Assembly: GCF_030028105.1 (NCBI RefSeq)
Contig: NC_092393.1
Span: 29,985,248 to 30,049,247 of the forward strand
Length of the DNA stretch: 64,000 bases
DNA from: Mobula birostris
Lineage: Eukaryota
Direction of reading: 5' to 3'
Below are positions 23,326-36,400 of the stretch, piece after piece; within the stretch, counting starts at the first letter, position 1, and each line of letters starts with the position of its first letter. A model generated the notes under the pieces. The model made no database searches and was not told the DNA's origin. It saw nothing but the letters and a program-made list of their open reading frames with translations. The position numbers were made by a program, and so were the translations under genes.

Positions 23326-26290
23326 CAGAGTTAGAAAATTGTAGTTATGATGTGGGCATCAATGAGCTAGGAGCTTAACATCCAGAAAAAACATAGCATA
23401 TCAAAAGAATAGGCATCAGTGTAGAGCGTGTGAGGTGGCTTTGTTGGTTCAGAAAAAATGAAATCAAATCCTTAGAAAGAACTGACATAGGAGCTGAAGA
23501 TGTAGAATTCTTGTAGGTTAAACTGCAAGGGTAAAAATACCTTAAAGGGAATCATATAGAGGCCTTTTAATAGTAGACAGGATATGGGATACAAATAACA
23601 AGAGGATATAGAAAAGGAATGTTGCTATGGTCATGGGGGATTTCAATATGCAGGTAGATTGGGAAAATCAAATTGGTGCTGGATCCTAAGGGAAGTAATT
23701 TGTAGAATGCTTAAGAGATGGCTTTTTAGAGCAGTTTGTATTTAGACTAACCAGGGATAAGGAAATTCTAGATTGGGTTTTGTGTAATGTATGAGATTTG
23801 ATTGGGATCTTAAGATAAAAGAACCCTTAGGAGACAGTGATCATAATATGTTAGAAGCTGGTCAAAGCTGTTGGAAAGGGACATTAGCAAGTTTAGTGGT
23901 AGAACAGCAATTGCTGGAGGTTCTGGGAGTAATTTGGAACACACAGGATCAAAGAGGCAGCAGTATTCAAAAGGGAAGGAGGTAACTGTGGCTGACAACT
24001 GAACTCAAGACAGCACAAAAGCAAAAGGGAAGGCATACAATATAGTGAAAAGTGGAAAGCTTTTAAGAACCAGCAAAACGCAACTAATAAAGCAAAAGGA
24101 GAGGAAAGCTGAAATATGAACATAAGCTAGCCAATAATATAAGAAGATACCAAAAGATTTTTTAAAAGCAAGAGTGGACAATGGACAGCTGGAAAATGAT
24201 GGTGGATAGGTAGTTGTGGGAAAACAATGAAATAGCGGATGAACAGAATAAGTATTTTGCGTCAGTCTTCATTATGGAAGACACCAGCAGCATGTCAGAA
24301 ATTCAAGTCAGGGGCATAAGTGAGTGTAGTTGCTATTACTAAGGAGAAGGTGCTTTGAAAGCTGAAACGCTTTAAGTTGAAAAGTCACCTGGACCGAATG
24401 GGTTTTGACAGAGGTAGTTGAAGAGATTATAGAGAGGTATTAGTAAGTGATCTTCCATGGAACTCTAGATTCTGAAATGGAGCCAGAGGACTGGAAAAAT
24501 CACAAATGTCAATCCACTCTTTAAAAATAGAGGACTGCAAGAGACAGTAAATTATATGCCAGTTAGCCTGGCTTCCGTAGTTGGTAAGTTGTTAAGAGTC
24601 CATTATTAAGGATGAGGTTTTGGAGTACTTGGAGGCACTCTAAGTCAATTATGGTTTCCTTAAGAGGAAATCTTGCCTGACAAATCTGTTGGAATTCTTT
24701 GAGGAAGTAACAGACAGGACAGACAGAGAGTCAGTGTAAGTTGATTACTTGGCTTTTCTGAAGGCACGACATGTTACGTAGCACTATCCCAGTGCAAGTA
24801 ACCTGGGTTCAATTCCTTCACCGTCTGTCAATAGTCTGTATGTTCTTCCTGTGACTGCATGCGTTTCCTCTGGGTGCTCCATTTTCCTTCCATATTCCAA
24901 GAATGGGCAGGCTAGTAGGTTAATTGGTCAAATGGGTGTAATTGGGTGGCGGGGACTTGTTGGCTAGAAATGGCCTACTACTGTACTAATTCTCCAAAAA
25001 TAAAAAGACCTTCAACAAGGTGCTGCACACAAGTCTTCTAAACAAGTCTATGGTATTACAGCAAATATATTAGCTAGACAGAATAACATACAAAATGCTG
25101 CTGGAGCTCAGCAGGTCAGGAATAAATAATTGACTTTTTTGGCTGAGACCCTTCATGAGCATGGACAGAAAATTAGTTGATTGGCAGAAGCCCAAGAGAA
25201 TGGGCAAAGAAGCAGCAGATTAAATACAGGGAAGTGTATAGTCAACATGTGGACTATTTTTTTTTCCCCAACGGAGTAAATTCAAAAACTGGAAGTGCAA
25301 AAGAACTCGACAGTCCTAGTGCAAGATTCCCTATAGCTAACTTGCAGGTTGAGTTGGTAGTGAGGAAAGCAAATGCAATGTTAGCATTCATTCCAAGAGG
25401 ACTGTAACATAAACGATATAATGCTGAGACTTTGTAATACATTGGTCAGACCACCTTGGAGTACTATGATCAGTATAGGACTCCATATCTAAGAAAGGGT
25501 GTTCTAACCTGCTGAGCTCCAGCAGCATTTTGTATGTTATTCTGTCTAGCTAATACGTTTGCTGTAATACCATAGACTTACCTTGTTTAGAAGACTTATG
25601 TGCAGCACCTCGTTGAAGGTTTTATTTTATTATTTGGAGAATCAGTACAGTAGTAGGCCATTCCTAGCCAACAAGTCCCCATCACCCAATTACATCCATT
25701 TGACCAATTAACCTACTAGCCTGCACATTCTTGGAATACGGAAGGAAAATGGAGCATCCAGAGGAAACCCATGCAGTCACAGGAAGAACCTACAAACTAT
25801 TGACAGACAGTGAAGGAATTGATCCCAGGAATGACAGAGGTAACATATGTATGAGGAGCGTTAGATGGCTCTAGGCTTGTACTCGCTGGAGTTTTGAAGA
25901 ATGAGGGAGGGAAATTGCATCGAAACCTGTCCAATATTTAAAGGCCTAAATAGAATGTACGTGGAGAGGCTACTTCCCATAGTGGGCGAGTTTATGAACA
26001 GAGGGCACAACATCAGAATAGCAGGATGTCCTTTTAGAACAGATATGAGGAGGAATTTCTTTAGCCAGAGGGTGGTGAATCTGTGGATTTCATTGCCGCA
26101 GACAGCTATGGAGGACAAGTTGCTGGGTATATTTACTGCAGAGGTTGATATGTTCTTGATTAGTAAGGGCATCAGAGATTAACGGGAGAAGGAAGTAGAA
26201 CGAGTTTGAGAGAGAAAATAAATTAAACATGACTGAATGACGGAGCACACAATGGGCCAAATGGCTGACTTCTGCTCCTATAATCTTAAT
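23326..26290 (+). mobile_element. Older, heavily decayed CR1 LINE (its 5' part lies at ~19050-19288), interrupted by a SINE and an inverted duplication
   Basis: [38 protein letters not shown] remnants. Confidence 0.8.
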
Positions 26291-27231
26291 GTAAAATAAT
26301 TATGAGTCCATTCCATGCAAGACGACGATAAACCCATGGAAGTGCAGCTCCTCACATACTCAGTACTCATCTTCTTGTTGGATTCAGCATTTGTTTGACA
26401 GATAGACTGATAGATAACAAATGTCTTTGTAATTAAAAGTTTGAATAAAACTTACTTTTCAGCATTTGCCAGTTGTGTGCCTTGTGTAAATTTATCATAA
26501 CAATAACCTTTCAGATTGCAGTTATGACTTAGTTACATGAACTTGAACTTCAATAACCAATGGATTGTGGTGAAGATAAAGGAAAACAATTTAGAATTAA
26601 AGCTATTTATTAACAGTTAATTGTTCACATCAAGAAATTTTAACATTTGTTTTAATTATCAAAGTCGAAATTTATTAAGACAAAGATTTGTCAACATACC
26701 ACAGATTTAATTAATATATATTAAAAAAAAAGGCATGTCCACAGTATAACAAAACAATTGATTCTGACTTTGAGAATTGTTTTTAAACAGACATAGTCCA
26801 GCCTGGTCCCTGTTACAGCATTTCACAGTTTTTAAATCTTTGAGAAATTAATTCAATTTGCCAACATCCCATTGTAAGTAAATCTGCTTGGCTCAGAAAC
26901 ATTTAGAATAAACTGTTTGACTTTGGTTGTTATTCAAAACGGAGAAGGATAATAGGACTGAGACATACTATAGGTACGTCTCTATTGAAACAATATACAC
27001 AGAAACAGTTTACTGTAAATTGAGGCTACTTTCTCAGAAATTGAACAGTGAACTGTTCACCATTGTACATAACTGATACTTTTATATTTCATGCATTACT
27101 CCTCCTCAACATTTGATGGGTATTGTCCATGCCTGGATACCTCAGAAGATGAAACAGGTAGTGTGCACACAGGCAATGACGGTGTGTATTCTATTATATG
27201 CGACTGTCTTTGAAGACAGGCATAATTTTTT

Positions 27232-27406
27232 TTATTTGATGTCAATTGATGCTAAAGCTTCATCCATATCGTGCACGAGGCACTGTAACCTTGTCAAAGC
27301 TGGGTTAACGTGTTCTTCTATCCACTCTTCCACAGTATCTGGATAATAAATTCTTTCCATTGCTGTACGCAGTTTACTTATGGCTGCCTCCCAAAGTGCA
27401 TAGACA
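27232..27406 (-). CDS. HEXD: HEXD coding exon 12 (stop)
   Basis: [18 protein letters not shown]...IK*; minus-strand AATAAA candidates at ~26606 and ~26671. Confidence 0.94.
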
Positions 27407-30400
27407 CTAGAAAACATTTAGTATCTATTATTATTTAGAATAATGTTTCTATTTTATTAGATAGCTGGTTAATTTTAGATCAGTAATTGTTTCTATAGTT
27501 TCTTTCCAGATGCATTATTACATTGTACAAAGAAAAACATAAGCAAAATAAAATTATACCTTCTAACTTCTCCTTCAAAATTCTGAATGATACCAGGGTG
27601 GACATACTTTCTCTTTCTGTGGTAGTTACTGAACCATCCTCTTATATATCTAATAAAAAATGGAAAATTGCTAAATATCTAAAACAAGACCAGTTTGTCT
27701 TAAAACGTATAAAATGCCTGCAATATCTGCATGAGTTTTCGGGGTGGAGCTTAGGAGGGATGATGGCACCTAACAGCAACTCCTTTGCTTACATCTTTGG
27801 AAACAGCTCTATTTCTACCTTTAATACCTTTATTTTTCCCTTTTCAGGGTTCTTTTGAAGACCCTGACCTGGAGTTACATGCAGGCTTCGGTTCTTTGTG
27901 GGAATGGGACCCGTTCCTGGGGTTCCACGACTGGCCACTTTTCAATATGCCAAGGGTTCGGCCTGAGAATCTCAATTATGTTCGGAAGCCTAAAATCTCA
28001 GGGCTCTGGAGACGGATGGATCGAGGGTTGCTGTCACAGCAAGAGACTCGTGTGTCGTCGGGGAGGCCAGAAAATCTTTTGCCGTGGGCCTAAAGACCCA
28101 GAGTCTTTGATCTTTGGATACAGAGCTCAAAAAAAGTGACGTAAAGGACTTTTAAGATCATAAACCAGCGGGTTGCTGTTATGTCTCCTGCTCGCTGTGA
28201 AAATGGGGGCCACCTCTCTCTCCCTTGCCAGGGAGAGAGAGAAAACCTGTGGTTTGTCACATTTCGGATGAATTGCAAAGCTTTTGGGGTAACTTTGGTC
28301 TATGTCTTTGCTACTGCTTAGCACAGGCTTGGGCTTGGTGATGGTACCGATGCATGTTTTTTTTTTGCTGGTGGTGGGGGGGAGGGGGGACTGTTGCTTG
28401 CTGCCACTTATGCACTGGAGGGGGGAGCTGGGGGGGGACTTTGGGGTTCTCATGTTTAACTGTCATTCATTCTTTGGGGCACTTCCCTGCTTTTGTGGAT
28501 GTTTGTGAAGAAAAAGCATTTCAGGTTGTATATATTTCTCTGACATTAGATTTGACCTTTGAACCTTTGAATTTTAGGAGCTAACATTTACCAGAAGTAT
28601 AGTTAATAACCTGCATAATTTTGTATATCAAACAGCAATTCATTTATTTTGGGGAAAAATCCAGTTGAAGCCAAATGTGTTTTGACTTAAAAAAAGTATC
28701 AAAAATGCATTCAGTAATTCATTTTTAGGGTATAATGACTGCAGTAACCATCATTTGATGATAGTCCAAGTTTTTAAGAAAAAGTCACTACCAAGCAATG
28801 CTGTGAATAACTGTAGAAATATTAGTTTGTTTTCTAAACTTAATTAACATCCATAAAATGATTTAACACCTCTAGTGCAATAATGCCAATCAGCAAATAC
28901 ATAAAAACTATATACAAAGCTATTGTTTCATTGTTGAGAAAACACAATCTAGTATTTTAAACAGCTTAATGCTTACATCCAACTAGTGGAAAGGGGAATT
29001 TCAAAAAAGACAGCTCAGTTGCTAAGGCAGGGGTTCCCACCCAGGAGTCCACAGATCCCTTGGTTAATGGTAGGGGTTCATGGCATAAAAAAGGCTGGGA
29101 ACCCTTATGCTAATATCTCAATAACCTACATCTAAGTGCAAATATATCCCACTTGGATGAGTACAAAAATGACGTCAAAATAAAATGCCTGGAGGTTTTC
29201 ATCACATGAATAGATGGATATAATATCACCAATTAAAATTACAGTACCATATTTTTACAAGATTTCTGGACATTTAGCATTTGGGTTACAATTCAGAACC
29301 CTGTTTTTAATTCCAGTATGTTTTTGCACAAACACGAGCGATCACCTGCAATTCTTAAAAAATAAACAATTTTCCCCCAAAAAGATTTCTGCTGGCCTTT
29401 TCTGGACGTCTTTCAGAGCAGGTCTTTATTTGCAGTCAGTTGCAAAGCTTTGTCAGAAAACATACCCCTAAGCTTTTGTACTTCGATGATCACAAGATCA
29501 GAAAGAACAAAGGCCATTCGCCAAGTGAACATAAGCACACTCATCTCCAGAGATGCCTACAACCCCAAACCCCAGACCTTAAACTTGACAGTGAAATAGA
29601 ATTCAGATTTAATAATTACGTTTTTTCCAAATATTTATATTTTGGTAATTGAGTTCTTACATGTTTTCATGAAGTTTATCAACAGATTGCTGTAGGTAAG
29701 TAATAATGTGAGTGACGTGGTCAAGTACTTCACTGCCTGGAAAACTGCCAGCATCTTCAATGCTGTAAAACAAGTACATCAGAATGTCTTCAGACTAACA
29801 TTTCACTCGTCAATTATTGCTTATTTGTTTTGGAATTGCTGTGACTTCTCAATTACCATCTTCACTAGAATAAATCATAAATCTTTCATTCAATGCAAAT
29901 TGAATTTCATTCAAATCTTTTACGCCTTCATAAATCAAACCATTAAGTACAGGCACTGGGGTGTTACGTTGAAGTTGTGTAAGTTGTTGATGAGGACTAA
30001 TCTGGAGCATTGTATGCAGTTCTGGTCACCTACCTACAAGAAAGCCATCAATAAGATTGAAAGAGTGCAGAGAAAATTTATAAGGATGCTGCCAGGAGTT
30101 GAGGACCTGAGTTAAAGGGAAAGGTTGAATAGGTTAGAACGTTATTCCATACAACGTAGGAGAATAAGGATTTGATAGAGGTATTCAAAATCATGAGGGG
30201 TATAGATAAGGTAAATGCAAGCAGGTTTTTTCCACTGAGGTTGGGTGAGATTAGGTCATGGGTTGAGGGTGAAAGGTGAAATATTTCAGGAGCGAATCAG
30301 GGGAAACTTCTTCACTCGGGGATGTTGAGAGTGTGGAATGAGCTGCCAGCAGAAGTGGGGGATGTGGGTTCAATTTCAACATCTGAGAAATTTGGATTGG

Positions 30401-33400
30401 TACATGGATAGGAGAGGTATGGAGGGCTAAAGTCTGGGTGCAAATCGATGGGACTAGGCAGATTAATAATTCAATATGAACTAGATGGGCCAAAGGGGCT
30501 GTTTCTATGCTATAATACTCTATGACCCTAATAAAATCAGTTGTTTTTTTTGGTTACTGGCAAATCACACCAGGCAATAAAGATGTTCAATAGCTTTTCC
30601 ACCTGTTCTTTAATTCCTTATGATTAACTTAAATTTGTATCCAATTGCCTACATTTTACTGACCAGTTTAAAAGATCTTGAGGCATTTCTCTGGCTACAA
30701 TCATTCATAAAAATAAAATCATTTATTGGGCTATCCCTTAAAAGGTTTTACTACAGGGAGAAAAGGCCTGTAGTAAAAACTTTAAGTTTATTCTTTTACT
30801 TCAGTAACACCACAAATATTCACCATCCACTTTTGTATTTATTTTCTAAATAAGAACTGAAGAGAGATAAATTTTAAAATCACTATTTTCTGGAAGAGTC
30901 TAAATCCTGCATATTTGATAGTGCCCTTGAAATACACAATGACAAAGTTGTTACCTTGGAAAATCAATTCTTAAACTTTTGCATCCAAGAGACCGTTTCA
31001 CATATTCCTCTTCCTTTAGAGAGAACACACCTATTTTAGAACACAATAGATTTTCAGAATTAGGGGAAAATAAAGTTTTATTCCCAATGTAGAGTATAAA
31101 GGCATCATTCCAGTTAAAACAACTTTAAAATTTTGTGACTGGCTTTATTGATTTTAGTAGAACAGTAATCTCCACTGTGAATCTACTCAAAAGTGGAGAT
31201 GAATTTTGGTTGTCAGTAAATCTGTTTCTCAATGAAGGTAATTTTGAGATAAAGAAAATTATACTGCATTTCTTCCAGACTTTGTACAATGGAGCTTGTT
31301 ACTATTTAAACTGATAAACCAAAAATGTTATGGCAAAAGCATTTATTTGCATTATAATAAGGATTAAGCGCAGTATCAGAGTATTGATGCAGCAAGTTAG
31401 GTACATTTCACCACCTGCATGTGATTTCACTTGAGTTTTCAGTCTCATTGGACTTATGGAAAGAATATTGAGAATAACAATGGCACATACATTCATTGGG
31501 ACTATACTCAAAGGACAACCACACTGTTTATTCATAGAAACAGCACTGACCAAACAAAAAGATTTAGGTTGTGTTTGTGGTTTTGAGTAATTATGTGCTT
31601 TTGTTTGAATGCCAACAGAGAGAAAATAAACACATTCAGTTAAAAAACACTTTAGAAACCATTTATCCAAGTGAAAAATATCTTTACTGATCACAATGGA
31701 AAGACAACCTAAACTTTGATGGGGAGGCTGTTCAGTATAAACCTTAGTGAGAAGTAGTATTAACCTTAAAAGTAAATGTTGTTTGTGATATTTATTTTGC
31801 TGCTGTAGCCCATCCACTTCAAGGTTTGACATGTGTTATGCATTCTTTAGCACACCAGAGTTATAACACGTCATTATTTGAGCTACTATTGCCTCTCAGT
31901 CAGCTTGAACTAGTCTGACCATTCTCTCATTAACAAGGATTTTTGCCCACAGAATTGCTGCTCCTGATGTTTTTATTTGTGCTTTTTTTTTAGTGTTCTG
32001 TGTGAAAATCCCAGAAGATAAGCAGTTTGAGATTCTCAAACCACCCTGTCTAGCAGCAACAATCATTCCATGGTCAGTCACTTTAATTGCATTTCTTCCC
32101 CATTCTGAAGTTTGATCTAAGCAACTGAACCTCTTAACTGTGTCTGCTGTTTTTTTATTGCACTGAGCTGCTGCCACAAGATTGGCCGTTTACATGTTTG
32201 CATTAGTGAGCTGGTATACAGGTGTACCCAATAAAGTCACCACTGAGTGCTTTTTTAAGCAATGCTCCTACCCTCTGGTTGCTTTATGTCTGTTGAAGAA
32301 GTGATCATCTTACCAGTTCTAGGTTGTAAATATCCAACAAACATTACTATAGAAATTGCTATTCCCTTATCTCAGTTCCACTGGCTCCACTGCATCTGTT
32401 TCCAGGATGAGGGTTTCCTTTCCAGAACATCAGAGGTGTCCTCCTCCTTCAAAGAAAGGGATTTTCCTTCTCTAATAATTCTTTGCAACTTTCGCCATCT
32501 TCAACGGGATCCTACCACCAAACACATCTTTACCTCTCCCCCCCCCCACCCCCCTCCATCCCAACACTCTGCAGGGATTGTGCTCTCCATAATTCCCTCC
32601 ACTTGTCCTTCCTCACTCACCACTCTCCTGGTGTTTACCCCTGCCACTCTCAGGCTGGAAGAGAAATACGTCATATTCTGTCTGGGTGGCCTCCAACCTG
32701 ACAGCCTAAACGTAGATTTCTTTAACTTCCAGTAATTTCTTCCCCTTCGCTCTTTTTCCATTCCCTATTCTGGCTCCCCTCTTACACCTTTTCATCTCCT
32801 CATCTGCCTATCATCTCCCACTAGTGATGCTCCTCCTTCCCTTTGTCCCATGGTTAACTCTCCTTTCTTAATCAGATTCCTCCTTCTTCCGCTCTTTACC
32901 TTTTCCACCAATCACCTCCCAGCTTCTCACTTCACTCCCCCACTCACCTACTTTTCCCCTCAGCTGGCTTCACTTATCACCTACCAGTTCGTACTTCTTC
33001 CCTTCCACCCCCACTTTCTAATTTTGACTTCTTCCTCTTCCTTTCCAGTCCTAATGAAGGGTCTTGGCCCAAAACGCTGACTTTCCTATTCCTTTCCATA
33101 GATGCTGCCTGACCTGTGTTCCTCCAGCATTTTGTGTGTGTTACTCTGAATTTCCAGCACCTGTAGAATCTCCTGTGTTTATAAATTTACTAATACTTTA
33201 GAAATTACTCATATAATGTGTAAAACTCTCCAAGGCAATGGATCAGACAGTGATGTCTTCATAATACAAAATCATTAGGTATTTAAACACTAATACATAT
33301 TTTTAGGGCTTACCATGTCTCAAGGTCTGCAGACAGACTGCCAAGGACGGAATCCCCACAGGAAGTAATTCACACAAAACAGAGAAATGATCATATCTTG

Positions 33401-36400
33401 CAAAACAAGATAAAAGACAAACAGAAAAATCATTAATGTTTACACTATTTGACTTTATCCAGTTTGTATGAATATTGTTTTGAGATATATTGCAACACAT
33501 TTGGATGCTATTAAGAATCTCCAACTGGAAATGGGTTAAGTTGTCATTAAACTGAATAAGTAAATAGATTGAAGAAAAACTATGGTTTATACAATAATGT
33601 TTTTCAATTCAGAGGAAACTTAACAACTTTCACAGATTTGTTATTAAGGATGAGGAAAATGAAGCAAGGCAATAATAGTCAATTTAAACACAAAATAATA
33701 TATATAAATATATCTCAATAAATAATATATAAATAATATATCTCAATAGTTGATTTAAAAAAGGCTGTTAGACAAATGAAACTGACAATAAAACAGCCAG
33801 AAAGATTTCAACACATTTGATAATGGTACAAACACTGCAAAAATCAGAGTCCTTGTATACCTCTGCCAACCAGTGAGTGCTATCCCCTGTAAATGAATGG
33901 AGTTCCTTGGCAGAGTCTCAGCTACATTCAGCCACTGCAGGTGGTTAGCTAAGTGATAGCTAATTGACGTTAGACATTGAGCTGCACCTGTAGCTCCTTT
34001 AAAAGCACTTGCAAACCATATCTGAGAGAATCCCATTCCCTGATACTTTTGTATTTGAAGTACTGTGAAATAAAACAATATCACATTATGAAACATAATC
34101 TGGCCTATTCTGCTTAATACAAACACTTACATTTCAGATTACCACAAATGCAAAATAAAGTATGTTTTCGGCCTTGTTGTGGGCAGCAAAACAGATTTAC
34201 TTTTAGTGACATATTGATTAACATTATTGTACATTTTTTGAAGTTATACATTGGCTGAACTTTTCACAACAAAAACTTACAATTTCCAATATGAGAATAA
34301 GTTTTAAAATGCACCAAAGAATGCATGTGTTGTTAATTAAATCAAATTAGCAACTGCAATCTGCAATCATGGAACTGCAGAAATTTCTCCATCTTACTGG
34401 TAGAGAAAATTTGATTAGCTTTGCAGTACTCTTCATGAAGGCCTTTTAATAATGAACACAGTAGCATGTGAAATAAACACCATCATTCTGATAAAGGATG
34501 ATGCCATTCCTTGTACAAAAGAGATTTAAAGGGACATTTTATTTTAATTTCCTTGCTATAATATTTCTCTTTTTGGGCTGCAACACGGAATGAATTTACA
34601 CCTTTTCAGAGTACATGGTTTCAAATCTGAACCACTTCTGCCACTCAATTCATCTTACATCTTTCACAAAATTATGAATATTGAAAATTTTCTAAATAAC
34701 TTACACATTTTATTCACATCAAGGTCAGCATTATATACCCAGATCATTGGTTCAACCAGCTGATCTAACATAGATTCTAATAGGAGATAAAAGAAAAGCA
34801 GATTATTTAATACATACATCAAATGGCAAAGACAAAATAACTTTCAAAAAATCTAAATAAAGAATACAAACTTTCCTTAATTTATTATAAAAGGCCAAAA
34901 TAAATATAAACTTCTAGTTTAATTCTCAATTCATTTGTATTTTAATTCTTTATAGATGCTAATTAAAAACTTGCTGACGTGATCATCCTTTTATAAATAT
35001 TATTGTTCAATTTGAGCATAAATTCTCAAGGAAAATGTTAGGGTCAATGAAAATGAACAGGTTAATATTAGTTCTCTGAAAAACTATCCACTAATTATGG
35101 CAATAAATAGCAAATATGTTTAATAACATTCACCTCATGATTATTTAGGGGATAACATTAAGTATTGAAATATGGATAATTCAAATTATAAAAATATTCT
35201 TTTTTAGAATAACCTAAAGATTACCGCTGGCAACAAACTTTTTCCAGGTCCAAGACAAATAATTAGCATATTAATTTAACTTTTATTTCAATGTTAATTT
35301 CAAGTATGAATAAACCAAATGAACACAACCATGAGACCGAAAATATCTTCTGATTTATGCTTATTTATGTATTAAAAATGACTGTACTCTTTGATAATTC
35401 TGTTACAATAACCTGCCACTGGATAATCCAATTAAATACCACAAAATGTAAAAGCAAAAGAAAACTCATAAAATAATAAAACATAAAATAAGGACACATA
35501 AGTATTATGCACTACTGGTACTACATTAGGCCAAAATCCATATTTACCTTCGGAATTTATATACAGTCGAAATACTGAGTTATACAATTAATGCAGAAGC
35601 CTGTTTATCAAATCAGCAATACTCAGGTGCTCCTTAGCATTAACAACAAACAAGGGGTTATGGGATGAAAGTACAAAAATGATTAAAAATCAAAAGCAGT
35701 AAAGAAAACATTGGATGATGATCAAACAGTATGCGGATGAGCAAAAGCACTATGCTAAAAGAGAGACCTGCTGAACAAGCCAATAAAACTAAATGTGTAT
35801 TTTTTATACATTTACCTCCAAACAACCAGTGACAAAACCAGCAATACCTTTAAGTTTATCAGCACTGATATTTCGGAGCATATCGTCCCAAATTATAGGT
35901 TTCACATTTGAGTGAGTAGCAATAATGTAGCTTGCAACTGCTTTCACATGAGACGTGAACAGACTATTTTTATTTGTTTGGCCTTGCTCAATCAGTTGCT
36001 TGGATTCTTCACCTTCACCAAGGTAATAAACCTAAAGGTAATATTGCAAATTATTAATTTTCGTTGCAAAACTGGCTGAACAGCTTCTAAAGAGGAAGAG
36101 TCAGAACTTGTCAATGTGTTGCTGATGTAAGCTCATCTTTTCTACGTCTATATACTTGAATTTTGATCACACCAGAGAAAAAAGTAATTTATCCCACTGA
36201 GTTTACTTCAGAGTAATTCCATCAGTCCCATCCCTCTACTTGTTTCTTTGTCATCTACCAACCTGCATTCCTCTACCAGCCACCCAGGAGTGGTAATTTA
36301 CTGTAACTAAGTACTCTACCAACAAGCACATCTTTGGGACTATGTAGGAAACAAGACGACTCACAGTTCCACACAGACAATGCATGTGTCAGGGTCACAC

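Noticed and set aside
31302-31832. 176-aa minus-strand ORF in a HEXD intron
   Set aside because: No recognisable motif, starts inside a Tc1 MITE remnant, composition typical of a chance AT-rich ORF
33690-33750. Short AT-rich direct duplication (AATAATATATA...TCTCAATA)
   Set aside because: Ordinary slippage in low-complexity intron sequence
35816-35847. Alternative downstream donor GAG|GTAAAT for HEXD exon 5
   Set aside because: Adds 32 nt and shifts the frame; the donor at 35848 preserves phase and homology
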